In this document: positions 39,472-50,680 of the stretch, piece after piece
Layout: every line of letters begins with the position of its first letter
Position numbering within the stretch: the stretch's first letter is position 1
Source of the DNA: a virus
Virus record (IMG/VR): IMGVR_UViG_3300042398_000969
Span: 96,001 to 160,000 of that record
Strand: one strand, 5' to 3'
DNA length: 64,000 nt
The notes under the pieces: model-generated
The model's database searches: none
What the model was told of the DNA's origin: nothing
What the model saw: the letters and a program-made list of their open reading frames with translations, nothing else
Translations under genes and position numbers: made by a program

Positions 39472-42400
39472 TATTCAGCAGAAGGGAACGCACCTTTATC
39501 CCCAAAGTATTCTATAAATTTATCCACACCTGTTTTACCGACCCTTAAGCCAAAATAAAACATAAATGGTGTTGATAGTATTTGTTTATTTCCAGTATAA
39601 TAATCTTGCGTTTTTCTTATTATAAAGTCATCAGTATAATCCCATGATTGTGAATGCCAAGTTCCGCCATTACCATATCTAGTATACAAAGTTCCTGTTG
39701 TTGGATTATCAACATTATTAGTTGAAGATTTTAATACTGTAAATCCAGGGTATTCTGAATCATAAATTGTATGTGTAGACCCTGATGGTATTATCGCGTC
39801 GAATTCAAGATCATTAGTTGTATTACCAGTTGTATTAATACTAAGACCGCTAAATGTATATGTCATAGGTAATAACAAATACTTGTCTGATGGATCACTG
39901 GTTGTTCCAGTCAAATTGTACCCATAAGTCATACCCTGTAATGGTTGAACTTGTACTCCACTATAATCCCACGATTGATTATCTAAAGTGGTTGCATTGT
40001 ATGGGCCAAAACCTGTTCCTTTTTTATCCCATAAAAAGAATGGTACTTTTTGTGACGATTCTGTTAATCTACCTGGTTCATTTAAACAAGCCCTAACTCT
40101 TTCACCATCTTCATTAAGAAACATTGTAACTGGTAGTGGGCCATAAACTGAAGTTCCGTTTTTAAACACATTTGGATAAACTTCAGGGTCTAAAATTTGA
40201 TATGAATAACCCAAGTATCTTGGATTTTGTAGATCAAATTCTTCAATACCAGCCTCATTATTAATTGAAATTAATTGTAAAATATCTCCATCTAGAACTT
40301 CGTTTGTGTAGGCAAACCCTTCATTATCAAAAAACTTTTCTAATTCAAAGTCATTATTACTAACATCCATTCTATAGTTTATTGCTAAACCTAAAATTTC
40401 ACCAAAATTTTGATAAGATGTTGAGCCAATCGATCTAGTAACAGAACAATTAGGATCTAATGATGGATCAGTGCAAATTTCTTTTATAAATTCATCTCTT
40501 GGCCCTAAATCAACCATTGTAGTTGGTCTACCAATTCTTTTTGAGTTTGTTTTATTTTCACCCCAACTGCTTTCAGAAACATATGGCGCCGATCTATAAT
40601 AGAATTTATCTTGTGATTGAACATATCTAACAACATCTTCGCAATATTTTCCTTTTTTACCTTTAAATTGGAAAAAATATAACGAACCAGATAACCAATT
40701 ATCAATAAATGAATAATTTACTATTCCACCACAAAAAAGTTTACCAACTCTTTTTCTTCTATAATATTCTCTCAATATTCCCCAAACTCTTGTTGTTTTT
40801 TGTGTACCTGGAACTATTGTGAATACACCATTTTGAAACTCAGACATACCACTTCTGGTAAATTTATCATATTGTTCGCCTTCCCAAAATGGTATTAATG
40901 GTACCCCACTACTATTATAATATTTAATATCATCAGATAGTGTTGAACCGTATGTCCTAAGCCCTTCACCATATAATGTACCGCTAATATTTGTTGCAAC
41001 AACCGATGTTGAACCCGGCACATAACTTGTTGGTGCTATAGTACCAGTCCACCCATAACTTGTATAACCAGTATTAGGATAATACCAGCTAACTAAAGCT
41101 TCATCATATGGTGTATCATATATATCACAACCTTCTTCAACCGGATCAGTTATTGGTAAGTCGATAGATTCTTTATCCGTTGTACTTCTTATTGTTAATG
41201 TATATGAACCGGGTTCACTAAAAAGAACACCGTCATCTTGAAATTTAACAGATGTGTAACTTATGGTATTACCACTACCATTTAAAACGGGTGTTCCAGA
41301 AAATTGTGTACTTAAAGATGTGTTACCATATGTGTCACTACTTAATTGATAATCTGATTGGTTATTAATAAAATACAGTATACCATCACCGCCTGATATT
41401 AAAGCTGCACCTAACGCATCTAAATCTTCACCTGGACAATCGCCGGTTGTGTCTGGAGTAAATGTTAATGATGTTACTGATAATGTTCTACTATTTTCTA
41501 AGTAATCACCAGTAATAGTCACACTACCAACAGAACAAAAAGCACTAGAATTACCACTATCCTGTTGAAGGAAAGAACCTAAAGTGTTATTACCATTACA
41601 TTCTTCACATTCCGGATAATTTATTAAATATAATCTTCTTTGGCCATTTTCTTGTGCTCTGAATGCTGCTCTTTTTATACTTCTTGCTAATTGTCTAATA
41701 GGTCTAAAATCCGCAGCATCACCAATTGTAAACAATAAACGCACTAAAGAATTTGTAAACGTTAATGTTAATAGATTTATTAAATGTTCAATAAATAATA
41801 ATACTGTTGCTATTAATAAATTAAAAGTAAAATTTCTTTTTGCAAAATTAACGGGTGGTGTTACAATATCATTAGAACAATCTTCTTCTTCTGGTGGCGC
41901 AATTTCTTTAATGCCAACATATTTATCATTTGTAAATGTCGATCCATTATAATGGATATTTTGAAAAGAAGAAATTGTATAAACTTTATTATATGATACT
42001 CTATAAAAATAATCTCTAGGATAATATTGTCCATAAACATCATATAAAATACCTCTATTTGAATCCATAGAAACTGCTGCTGTTGGATAATCAGACCAAT
42101 TTACCGAGAAAGTATATGATTCATTTTTTTGAGTTGAATATTCTCTAATATTTGGCACAAGATAACTTGCGGTTTTTCTTGTCCTTTCATTACCGGCGTC
42201 ATCTAAACTAAATCTAAATCTATAACACGCTGCTGTTGCAACACCTTTATTTGGATCGTTTGTTATTTCATTTTCACCAAATTCATTTGTATACACATAT
42301 TCCATATTCATTGGGACTGGTAACACAAAAGAACCATCATCTGGTATGTCTTCATCTATTTCATATATTTCTAATATTGGTCTATTTTGACTATCTTTTT

Positions 42401-43295
42401 CTGAAGTAAATCTAATTGCCTCAATCCTACCAGTTTTTGTTGTTAGATCACATTTTCTACCCATTTTTCTTCTGGGTTGACAATTTTTGTTAAGGGAATT
42501 ACTTCCTTTATCAGTATATGTTCCACCAATAATAAATGCCTTTGGTTCTATTTTAATTCCTTGATCTGATAAATCAAAATCTGTTCTAGATATACCTATT
42601 TGACATAAATCAACGTTACCCCAAAATGGACTCACTTCAATTGTTCTATCAAATGAAACTATTTGTGGTAATGCATCTAAATCTGTAGAAGATTTAAAGC
42701 TATATGTATTTTTAAATGAATCAACACCGAAACCTTGTCTAGAAAAATCATAAGGTCTTAAAGAAAAACAACCAACATCTGACAAATCAACATCTACGTG
42801 TATTGTTTGTTCACCTAAAGGAACACCCCAGATCATGAAGTCCCCAGAACTGTTGGTTTTTACTGTATACTTGTAATATTTTTCAAAAACTTCAAGATAT
42901 TCTTCTCTAGATATAATATCTAGTTGGTCAGGGAACGTGCCGGTTGGTTCATGTCCACCGTGTTGTTTTCTTGATGGTAAAAGATTATATCTAATACCTT
43001 GTTCATTTTTATCTTGTGCAACTTTGTAGGGGTATAATGCGGAGATTACTGGATCATTTTCATCTTCCTCTCTTAATGGTACAAATATTGAAACTCTGGC
43101 ATTTGGAACACCTAGTCCGTTATTTACTGTGATTCTACCGCACACAACGCCATAATCAGCACATAAAGACGTGTACGCGTCTTGTTGAGTAAACTTTAAA
43201 GAAAGGATCTCTAATAGATCATAATCCTGTTTAAGTTCAACAACAACCTTCTTGTCCGTTTGTAATTGGGTATTAATTCTGTGCTTCTGAATCAT
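39471..43295 (-). CDS. Large baseplate/tail protein with carboxypeptidase-regulatory-like beta-sandwich
   Basis: GVVCGRITVNNGLGVPNARVSIF..TNSSGDFMIWGVPLGEQTIHVD; central hydrophobic segment. Confidence 0.6.
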   Translation of the reverse strand: MIQKHRINTQLQTDKKVVVELKQDYDLLEILSLKFTQQDAYTSLCADYGVVCGRITVNNGLGVPNARVSIFVPLREEDENDPVISALYPYKVAQDKNEQGIRYNLLPSRKQHGGHEPTGTFPDQLDIISREEYLEVFEKYYKYTVKTNSSGDFMIWGVPLGEQTIHVDVDLSDVGCFSLRPYDFSRQGFGVDSFKNTYSFKSSTDLDALPQIVSFDRTIEVSPFWGNVDLCQIGISRTDFDLSDQGIKIEPKAFIIGGTYTDKGSNSLNKNCQPRRKMGRKCDLTTKTGRIEAIRFTSEKDSQNRPILEIYEIDEDIPDDGSFVLPVPMNMEYVYTNEFGENEITNDPNKGVATAACYRFRFSLDDAGNERTRKTASYLVPNIREYSTQKNESYTFSVNWSDYPTAAVSMDSNRGILYDVYGQYYPRDYFYRVSYNKVYTISSFQNIHYNGSTFTNDKYVGIKEIAPPEEEDCSNDIVTPPVNFAKRNFTFNLLIATVLLFIEHLINLLTLTFTNSLVRLLFTIGDAADFRPIRQLARSIKRAAFRAQENGQRRLYLINYPECEECNGNNTLGSFLQQDSGNSSAFCSVGSVTITGDYLENSRTLSVTSLTFTPDTTGDCPGEDLDALGAALISGGDGILYFINNQSDYQLSSDTYGNTSLSTQFSGTPVLNGSGNTISYTSVKFQDDGVLFSEPGSYTLTIRSTTDKESIDLPITDPVEEGCDIYDTPYDEALVSWYYPNTGYTSYGWTGTIAPTSYVPGSTSVVATNISGTLYGEGLRTYGSTLSDDIKYYNSSGVPLIPFWEGEQYDKFTRSGMSEFQNGVFTIVPGTQKTTRVWGILREYYRRKRVGKLFCGGIVNYSFIDNWLSGSLYFFQFKGKKGKYCEDVVRYVQSQDKFYYRSAPYVSESSWGENKTNSKRIGRPTTMVDLGPRDEFIKEICTDPSLDPNCSVTRSIGSTSYQNFGEILGLAINYRMDVSNNDFELEKFFDNEGFAYTNEVLDGDILQLISINNEAGIEEFDLQNPRYLGYSYQILDPEVYPNVFKNGTSVYGPLPVTMFLNEDGERVRACLNEPGRLTESSQKVPFFLWDKKGTGFGPYNATTLDNQSWDYSGVQVQPLQGMTYGYNLTGTTSDPSDKYLLLPMTYTFSGLSINTTGNTTNDLEFDAIIPSGSTHTIYDSEYPGFTVLKSSTNNVDNPTTGTLYTRYGNGGTWHSQSWDYTDDFIIRKTQDYYTGNKQILSTPFMFYFGLRVGKTGVDKFIEYFGDKGAFPSAE

Positions 43296-43301
43296 ATTAA
43301 C

Positions 43302-43309
43302 TATAAATA
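43302..43309 (-). promoter_or_regulatory. TATTTATA putative late promoter (example copy)
   Basis: 6 nt upstream of the 39471..43295 start. Confidence 0.6.
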
Positions 43310-43355
43310 GAAACTCATACGTTTTCCATTAAGAAAAAGATAAGTAAAATATCTG

Positions 43356-45185
43356 TTAATATGTAGTCGTTCCTAAGGTTTTAACTCTAATTTGAATGTC
43401 TTTATTAGGGAATCTAATTTGAAATATTTGATTTGATTTCATAAACACCGTCATATCTGATTGTGTGATTAGTCCACTTGTTGCGTCTAGTGTTTGTGAA
43501 ACCTTAGCTGATGAATACTCACCGCCGGTTTTATTGTACACCCTAACATCAATAACGTTAACGACACCTGGAACATCATTTACTTCTTTCATTAATTCCC
43601 CAACAAACAATGGGTCGCCCATTTTTCTTTTATCAATTGAGAAATAAGCTGTTGTTGCACTAATAATTTCACGAAGAACTTCTGTTTGGTTTTGATTTTT
43701 GTCTAAAAGTATGTCTATCTGTAATCCAAGATCAATTACCTCACCGCTAACTATATCAATATAGTCATTTACCATTCTGTATTCAGAAAGATAAGAAACT
43801 ATATTTTGTTTTAATGTGTTAGATACAACATCTGTTAAATTACCATTTTCATCATATGATAATAGTTTGATTCTCACTTTATTGTCTTCCTCCATTACAT
43901 TAACTTTAGCTGGAGCACCATACGTTGATGGCATGGTTTCAATCATAGACTTATAATCATTTAATGTTACCGCTCTATTTTGTGCAGCAAAATTATATGC
44001 TATCATACCTCTTAATTCTTCCAAAACTGGTTGATCTGATCCACCAACAGCCGGTGTAATATTTGTAACAACTAAAGATTGTAATGTCTGGTCATTAAAA
44101 GATTGGTTTGGTCCGTTTATACTAAAATCAATATTTTCAATATTATTTATAACACCAACACCCAAATTACTTTCTTTACCTCCACCAATTCTATATTTGA
44201 TGAACAATGTACTATCTTGTTTAGGTATTGCACCTAATGACATATTGTTTAGATATGTTGATAAATTAACTTTTAAATTATTTGTAATGTAATTATCTAA
44301 GTTGTCTAATGGATCTACGTTACCAGAACCGAATGTAACAAAGAAGTATCCTTCTGGTGTATATTCGGTAATAAACTTATTATTCACTCTAATGTATTCA
44401 CCGGCCTTAAAATTCTTTCTATCAGAATTAGCTGTTTTACTAGGTACGAAAACTTTATCTTGAACTAACGATTGAACTTCATACCATTTATTAGCCTCTG
44501 TAATAAATTCACTATTTGTTGGGTTTCCGGCAAAAGAAGTACCATCTTTATGTATTATTGTTGTAACACCAAGTATATTTCTTTCTGGTAGGTATATTTT
44601 CATAAATGGTTTTTGGTCTCTTTGACTTATAACCTTTCTGAATATTTTTGTTACCCCATTCACTACTGGCTCTCTCTTTGTGATTGTATATGATATTATC
44701 TTGTTGTTTCCATCGCGATTAGGTATTTTCAATCTATTTGATTCTCCCTTTTCATTAAATGGATTAGAGAAATCAATATCAGATATTGTTTCAAATATTT
44801 GTCCACCACCAGATACTTGTGCTCCAGCTCTTAATATACCTTCATATCTATCATCATCTTTATCACCCTTTACTGGCACATTAATACTAAAATCACATAA
44901 TGCAACCGAAGGTCTAGACCCAGGTATTCTAATACCATATGTTTTAGCAATATGAAATAAAGATTGCTTTTGTTGTGCAAAATCAAGCATAGTTTCTTGC
45001 CAAACTCTATCAATATGAAAATGTAGATTATCTGCAATCGCAGCGTTTAAGTCTAACAATACTGAATATATTGAAGCGTCGTTAGTATTCTGAATTAATT
45101 CAGGATAATATTCTTTAGTAAAGTTTACTAGGTCCTGTCTTAAACCAGCAAAGTCTCTGTTGGTATATGCTATTTTTTTGCTCAT
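43356..45185 (-). CDS. Baseplate wedge subunit (T4 gp6/baseplate J-like)
   Basis: YTNRDFAGLRQDL, AKTYG, AVGGSDQ..LEELR, AQNRAVTLNDY. Confidence 0.88.
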   Translation of the reverse strand: MSKKIAYTNRDFAGLRQDLVNFTKEYYPELIQNTNDASIYSVLLDLNAAIADNLHFHIDRVWQETMLDFAQQKQSLFHIAKTYGIRIPGSRPSVALCDFSINVPVKGDKDDDRYEGILRAGAQVSGGGQIFETISDIDFSNPFNEKGESNRLKIPNRDGNNKIISYTITKREPVVNGVTKIFRKVISQRDQKPFMKIYLPERNILGVTTIIHKDGTSFAGNPTNSEFITEANKWYEVQSLVQDKVFVPSKTANSDRKNFKAGEYIRVNNKFITEYTPEGYFFVTFGSGNVDPLDNLDNYITNNLKVNLSTYLNNMSLGAIPKQDSTLFIKYRIGGGKESNLGVGVINNIENIDFSINGPNQSFNDQTLQSLVVTNITPAVGGSDQPVLEELRGMIAYNFAAQNRAVTLNDYKSMIETMPSTYGAPAKVNVMEEDNKVRIKLLSYDENGNLTDVVSNTLKQNIVSYLSEYRMVNDYIDIVSGEVIDLGLQIDILLDKNQNQTEVLREIISATTAYFSIDKRKMGDPLFVGELMKEVNDVPGVVNVIDVRVYNKTGGEYSSAKVSQTLDATSGLITQSDMTVFMKSNQIFQIRFPNKDIQIRVKTLGTTTY

Positions 45186-45186
45186 A

Positions 45187-45657
45187 TTAGATATTAATAA
45201 TTACGAAGTCTGAACTAGAAAAAGCTCCGTTATTTGTTGTGTAATCGATTCTTATTTTAGCTGTATATGGTTTTGAGGCTGAATCGCTAACTCTAAACAG
45301 TCTAATATCCTCATCTTCACTAATACTAGACCCTTCTGATGGATCTAATTCTGGGTTTGTTATTTTTATTGAGTTTATCTCTAAATTAGGAATATATGTT
45401 CTAATACTTTCTCTAATCTCATCTTCAATACTATTATATGTAACAACATCATTCATATCAAAAATGTACTCATACAATCTAGTACCAAAATCAGGTAAAA
45501 AATACCTGCTACCCTTTCTTGTCAATAACAAATGAATCAAGTTAGCACGAATCTCTTCGTCTCTTGTTAGGGTCATTCTGGTGTAGTCACCTATTGTACT
45601 GTCTCTAAACGGAAAGTCTAATCCATACTTTGTAGCCATACCAATAAATATAAACAA
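45187..45657 (-). CDS. Baseplate wedge protein gp25/GPW-like
   Basis: GLDFPF, IRANLIHLLLTRKGSRYFLPDFGTRLYEYIF. Likely start ATG about 45639 (MATKY). Confidence 0.9.
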   Translation of the reverse strand: MFIFIGMATKYGLDFPFRDSTIGDYTRMTLTRDEEIRANLIHLLLTRKGSRYFLPDFGTRLYEYIFDMNDVVTYNSIEDEIRESIRTYIPNLEINSIKITNPELDPSEGSSISEDEDIRLFRVSDSASKPYTAKIRIDYTTNNGAFSSSDFVIINI

Positions 45658-45674
45658 TACTAAAATGGATATAA

Positions 45675-45712
45675 ATAAAAAATCGCGACACCTTCATAAA
45701 AAAGAGTCGCGA
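45675..45712 (-). terminator. Terminator hairpin after nrdA
   Basis: TCGCGAC..GTCGCGA followed by a T run on the minus strand. Confidence 0.65.
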
Positions 45713-45721
45713 AATTTAAAT

Positions 45722-45812
45722 AGTGACTTGACATTTACACCCTTCATTAAATCAAGTCCTGGATGCTCAAGGTACGCCTTGACGACAGTTAGACTTTGAG
45801 GGTGCCACCCAT
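45722..45812. ncRNA. Candidate structured RNA downstream of nrdA
   Basis: Stems GACTTGA/TCAAGTC, TCAAGG-TACG-CCTTGA, AAGTC/GACTT and CACCCT/AGGGTG in a GC-rich island. Confidence 0.4.
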
Positions 45813-45816
45813 TATC

Positions 45817-48261
45817 TTAAGATCCACACCCCTCACATTCAAATGGGGAATCCGTTGGTCTTTCTGTTGTCATAACAACCTCCGGAGTTTCTTCACTTAT
45901 AATAGATTTTTGTGTTGTCTGATATGTAACCGATTGTAACGGTGATTCAACTGGTTTGTTGGTTGAAGTATCGACACCTAATCCTTTTATTGGATCTACT
46001 GCAGAACGAGTTCTTAGGTAGTACATACCGGTTTTTAAACCAAGTTTCCAACCAAATAAGTGTGCTGCTAATAATTTTGGTTTTGTTGCATTATCAATGA
46101 ATAAATTCAAAGATTGTGACTGATCGATAAACACACTCCTATTTGCAGCCATTTGTAAAATTCTCTTCTGAGACATTTCCCAAACAGTCTTATACACTTC
46201 TTTGATTTCAACCGGTATTTCTGGGATATTTTGAATTGAACCATTTTCCATGATTAACTTCTTTTTAAGATCATCATTCCATAAGTTCAATTTTAATAAC
46301 TCATTAACCAGGTGTTTGTTAACAACAACGAATTCACCACCTAATGTTCTTCTTGAATACATGTTAGTTGTAAATGGTTCAAACGCTTCGTTGTTACCAA
46401 GGATTTGTGCTGTTGATGCTGTTGGCATAGGAGCAATTAACAAAGAATTTCTAACACCATTGTTAACAACCTCTTTTCTTAATTTTTTCCAATTCCATCT
46501 ACCAGATAAATCTTTATCTTTTAATCCCCACATTTCAAATTGGAATATACCCTTTTCAATAGGTGAACCAACAATAGATTCATAAGGACCATATTCTTTT
46601 GCTAAATCATTTGATGATGTCATAGCAGCAAAATAAATCGTTTCGAAAATATCCGTTTGTAATTTATCAGCTTCTTCTGATTCAAATGGTAGTCCTAACA
46701 TACAGAATACATCAGCTAAACCTTGAACACCTAAACCAATTGGTCTGTGTTTAAAATTAGAATTTTTAGTTTCTTCTGTTGGATAGAAATTTAAATTAAT
46801 TACATTATTCAAGTTCTTTACAACTTGATATGTGTACTCATATAACATATTGTGACTGAATTCACCATCAACAATATATTTCGGTAACGCGATAGATGCT
46901 AAATTACAAACAGCTTGTTCAGTTGGTGAACTATATTCAATAATCTCAGTACATAAATTTGAAGATTTAATAGTGCCTAAATTCTTTTGATTTGATTTGT
47001 AGTTAGCTGGATCTTTATATAACATATAAGGTGTTCCAGTTTCTATTTGTGCAGTTAAAATTGCGTCCATTAACTTTCTAGCCTTAATTGTTTTTCTAGC
47101 TAAACCTTGTTGTTCGTAAGATTCATATAATCTAGTGAATGCTTTATCTTCTGGACTATCATATGCATCAGATAAACCTGGGGCTTCGTCTGGAGAGAAT
47201 AACGACCAATCACCATCTTGCTCAACACGTTGCATAAACAAATCTGGTGTCCACATAGCTAAGAATAAATCTCTTGCACGCATTTCTTCTTTACCATGAT
47301 TTTTTCTTAAATCAATAAATTCAAAAACATCTGCATGCCATGGTTCTAGATAGATAGCAAAAGATCCTTTTCTTTTACCACCTTGATTAATCCAACGAGC
47401 AACTTCATTATAAGTCTTCATCATCGGTAGAAGTCCATCGGACATACCACCGGTTCCTTTAATATACGCACCTTTAGCTCTTACATCATGAACGTGAAGA
47501 CCAATACCGCCAGCCCATTTAGAAATCTTTGCAACGTCTTTAATTGTATCAAACAATCCATCAATATCATCACCCTTGTTTCCAATTAAGAAACAAGATG
47601 ACATTTGTGCTCTACGTGTACCAGCATTAAATAATGTTGGTGTTGCGTGAGTATAAAAATGTTGTGATAAATCATCATAAATTCTAAGTGCCATTTGTAC
47701 ATCACCACCACAAATACCAACGGCAACTCTCATATACATATACTGTGGTCTTTCAACAACTCTTTCACTAATCTTTAATAGGTATGATCTTTCTAATGTT
47801 TTAAATCCAAAATACTCAAAATCAAAATCTCTATTAAAAACAATTGCACCATCAATCACCTCCTTATTTTCCATAACAAACTTGTAAACACTATCATCAA
47901 TTAGCGATGATTCCTTACCAGTTTTTGGTTCAACAAATGAATGTAGTTCTTTAATTGCTTGAGAGAATTTCTTTGGTGTTGTTTTATGTAAATTAGTAAC
48001 CGCCAATCTCCCCGCTAACTTTGCATAATCTGGATGTGTTGTTGTCATAGAAGCTGCTGTCTCTGCTGCTAATGTATCCAACTCTGTTGTAGTGATCCCA
48101 TTATAAATTCCTTGAGTTACTTTTAATGTAATAAAAGTTGGATCAACATAATCCATGTTTAAATCTTCACAAAGAGCACTAATTCTTTTAGTGATCTTGT
48201 CATATCTCATTTCTTCTAACGTACCGTCTCTCTTTAATACTTTCATTTTTCTCTTATTCAA
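45817..48261 (-). CDS. nrdA: Ribonucleoside-diphosphate reductase alpha subunit (class Ia, ATP cone)
   Basis: ATP cone VLKRDG, THATPTLFNAG, SSCFL, NQGGKRKG, SNLCTEI, MPTASTAQ, GMYYLR, C-terminal CEGC. Confidence 0.97.
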   Translation of the reverse strand: MNKRKMKVLKRDGTLEEMRYDKITKRISALCEDLNMDYVDPTFITLKVTQGIYNGITTTELDTLAAETAASMTTTHPDYAKLAGRLAVTNLHKTTPKKFSQAIKELHSFVEPKTGKESSLIDDSVYKFVMENKEVIDGAIVFNRDFDFEYFGFKTLERSYLLKISERVVERPQYMYMRVAVGICGGDVQMALRIYDDLSQHFYTHATPTLFNAGTRRAQMSSCFLIGNKGDDIDGLFDTIKDVAKISKWAGGIGLHVHDVRAKGAYIKGTGGMSDGLLPMMKTYNEVARWINQGGKRKGSFAIYLEPWHADVFEFIDLRKNHGKEEMRARDLFLAMWTPDLFMQRVEQDGDWSLFSPDEAPGLSDAYDSPEDKAFTRLYESYEQQGLARKTIKARKLMDAILTAQIETGTPYMLYKDPANYKSNQKNLGTIKSSNLCTEIIEYSSPTEQAVCNLASIALPKYIVDGEFSHNMLYEYTYQVVKNLNNVINLNFYPTEETKNSNFKHRPIGLGVQGLADVFCMLGLPFESEEADKLQTDIFETIYFAAMTSSNDLAKEYGPYESIVGSPIEKGIFQFEMWGLKDKDLSGRWNWKKLRKEVVNNGVRNSLLIAPMPTASTAQILGNNEAFEPFTTNMYSRRTLGGEFVVVNKHLVNELLKLNLWNDDLKKKLIMENGSIQNIPEIPVEIKEVYKTVWEMSQKRILQMAANRSVFIDQSQSLNLFIDNATKPKLLAAHLFGWKLGLKTGMYYLRTRSAVDPIKGLGVDTSTNKPVESPLQSVTYQTTQKSIISEETPEVVMTTERPTDSPFECEGCGS

Positions 48262-48269
48262 TTGTTTTT

Positions 48270-49247
48270 TTAGAAATCAACATCACCGAATGCAGAATTT
48301 AAATCTTCTGACTCTGTTGTTTTATTTACACCCGCTTTTTGATATTCAGCAACTCTTTTCTCAAAGAAATTTGTTTTACCTTGTAATGCAATATTTTGCA
48401 TAAAATCAAATGGGTTTTCTGCATTATAAACTTTAGAGCAACCTAATGCAACTAATAATCTATCTGTTACAAATTCCAAATATTGTGCCATTAAATCTGA
48501 ATTCATACCAATCAAACGAACTGGTAATGCTTCAAGAATAAATTCCTTTTCGATTTCTAGTGCACCACAGATAATTTCTTTAACTCTTTTTTCAGAAATT
48601 TTATTTTCAATATGGTTATTGAATAAGTGACAAGCATAATCGCAGTGCATACCTTCATCACGAGAAATTAATTCATTCGAGAAAGTTAAACCTGGCATTA
48701 ATCCTCTTTTCTTTAACCAGAAAATAGAACAGAATGAACCAGAAAAGAAAATACCTTCAACAGCAGCAAATGCAACTAATCTATCAACAAAAGATTCAGA
48801 ATTAATCCATTTAATTGCCCAATCAGCTTTCTTCTTGATTGCTGGGATGGTTTCAATAGCATTAAATAATTTATGTTGTTCTTCTTTATCTTTAATGTAT
48901 GTGTCAATTAATAACGAATATGTTTCGCTATGGATGTTTTCCATCATAATCTGGAAACCATAGAAAAATTTAGCTTCAGTATATTGAACCTCATTAACAA
49001 AGTTCATTGCTAAGTTTTCATTGACAATACCATCCGACGCAGCAAAAAATGCTAGAACGTGTTTAACAAAATGTTGTTCATCTGCATTTAACTTATTATC
49101 CCAATCATAAACATCTTGTCCAAGATCAATCTCTTCAGCAGTCCAAAAACACGCTTCTTGTTGTTTAAATAATCTCCATAAATCATGATGCTGAATTGGA
49201 AAAAGCACAAAGCGACCTGGATTGTCAATTAAAATTTTTTCTGTCAT
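48270..49247 (-). CDS. nrdB: Ribonucleoside-diphosphate reductase beta subunit
   Basis: [56 protein letters not shown]. Confidence 0.97.
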   Translation of the reverse strand: MTEKILIDNPGRFVLFPIQHHDLWRLFKQQEACFWTAEEIDLGQDVYDWDNKLNADEQHFVKHVLAFFAASDGIVNENLAMNFVNEVQYTEAKFFYGFQIMMENIHSETYSLLIDTYIKDKEEQHKLFNAIETIPAIKKKADWAIKWINSESFVDRLVAFAAVEGIFFSGSFCSIFWLKKRGLMPGLTFSNELISRDEGMHCDYACHLFNNHIENKISEKRVKEIICGALEIEKEFILEALPVRLIGMNSDLMAQYLEFVTDRLLVALGCSKVYNAENPFDFMQNIALQGKTNFFEKRVAEYQKAGVNKTTESEDLNSAFGDVDF

Positions 49248-49259
49248 TTTTTTTATTTT

Positions 49260-50651
49260 TTATTTTGTTGTTGTATTTTTTTCTAAGAATTCTTGATAAA
49301 CAGTATTTTTTCTGTTTCTTTTTTGTTCTTCTTTTTCTTCTTTGTAACCAAGAAGTGTGTTTTGATATTCTGTATCAATAGTTAAGAACTCGTTATTGAA
49401 TTTACAATTGTTAAAGATAACACCATCTTTACCAATTCTAGATTTTAATAGTGTTAATGTTGCTAGGTTTTGTTCTTTTTGCTCAATCGTTTTACCGATA
49501 GATAGAACTACGTGACCAATTTGTGCTTTCTTAATTGATCCACCCATTTGATCTGTTGTTACAACTTCACTCTTAATAGATTCTCTATTACCTTGTGTTG
49601 CTGTCCATATAGCCACATCAAATTCAGATGTCATAGATTCTAATTGTCTCATAATTGCACCATCACCTTTCCATTCTTCGTTATAATTCGTTTTCTCTGG
49701 TGTGATACAATCAACATAATCCAAAGTTACTAAATCTATTCTAAATCCATCTGCCTGAAGCTTTCTTAATTTAGATTTTATTTCGGAAATGGTAACAGAG
49801 TCACTAGGTAACTTTAATAATCTAAGTTCACCTTGTGATTGTTTTCTTCTTTCTGCAACAATTTCTTCAATTTTATCAGCCTCTAATGGTTGATCTTTAG
49901 GTGAAATACCTGTCCAAATGGTAAAGTGCTTTCTTTTGATATTATTAATGTTATCTTCAAAAAAGATCTGTACAACATTATACCCAGAATTGTATGCCTC
50001 GTTAGAGAACTTGGTTAATAATGTAGTTTTACCAGTTCCTGTTGGCGCCAAAACAACGCCAAGTTCACCTCTACCTAAACCACCGTCTAATAGCCCATCA
50101 ATTCCAACAATACCGGTAGGTATTGGTCTTCTGTTGTCAGCCTGTAACGCCATCATGATATTGTCGAATACATCTTCAACCTCATGACCCATTACACCAA
50201 CCTGAAGAGCGTCTTGTATAATTTTTTCAATAGTATTATACTGTTCAAAATCACCCTTCTTAGTAATCTCTTCGATTTTCTTAATTGCCTTTTTTACTAC
50301 CTGTTGTTTACAAAACTTAATTGCCCTGTCCTTAGTTCCCGGAACGCTTCCAGGCTCTATTACGTGGTTTTTAACATTTGATAACATATCAAGGTTAGAT
50401 TTTCTGTTTGTATCAGAAATACTTTCAGCCTTTATCTGCTCTTCAATAGCGTTGTATTGTGGTACGGTTTTCCCGTATGTCTCAAAATATTCTTTAATAT
50501 TTTGAACGATAAATTTCATACCGCTATTATCAAAATAATCAGGTTCAATAACCTCAATTATTGTTTCAGAAAATTTCCTGTCTTCTATGATCAATTTAAG
50601 GAGAGATAACTGATAGTTGCTCCCTAAATGACCAAAATTTATGTCATTCAT
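49260..50651 (-). CDS. dnaB: Replicative DNA helicase (DnaB/gp41-like)
   Basis: Walker A APTGTGKTT, FFED, LDYVD, WTATQGNR, LKSRIG. Confidence 0.9.
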   Translation of the reverse strand: MNDINFGHLGSNYQLSLLKLIIEDRKFSETIIEVIEPDYFDNSGMKFIVQNIKEYFETYGKTVPQYNAIEEQIKAESISDTNRKSNLDMLSNVKNHVIEPGSVPGTKDRAIKFCKQQVVKKAIKKIEEITKKGDFEQYNTIEKIIQDALQVGVMGHEVEDVFDNIMMALQADNRRPIPTGIVGIDGLLDGGLGRGELGVVLAPTGTGKTTLLTKFSNEAYNSGYNVVQIFFEDNINNIKRKHFTIWTGISPKDQPLEADKIEEIVAERRKQSQGELRLLKLPSDSVTISEIKSKLRKLQADGFRIDLVTLDYVDCITPEKTNYNEEWKGDGAIMRQLESMTSEFDVAIWTATQGNRESIKSEVVTTDQMGGSIKKAQIGHVVLSIGKTIEQKEQNLATLTLLKSRIGKDGVIFNNCKFNNEFLTIDTEYQNTLLGYKEEKEEQKRNRKNTVYQEFLEKNTTTK

Positions 50652-50680
50652 ATGTCTATTGTTTCAAATAATAAAAAAAA

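Noticed and set aside
45722-45812. tRNA or a known self-cleaving ribozyme (UAAUGAAG is twister-like)
   Set aside because: No cloverleaf or T-loop; the twister L4, hammerhead CUGAnGA/GAAA and pistol cores were not found. Kept only as an unknown structured RNA.
45817-50651. Inteins or introns in nrdA, nrdB or dnaB
   Set aside because: Protein lengths are normal, and there are no splice motifs or homing endonuclease segments.
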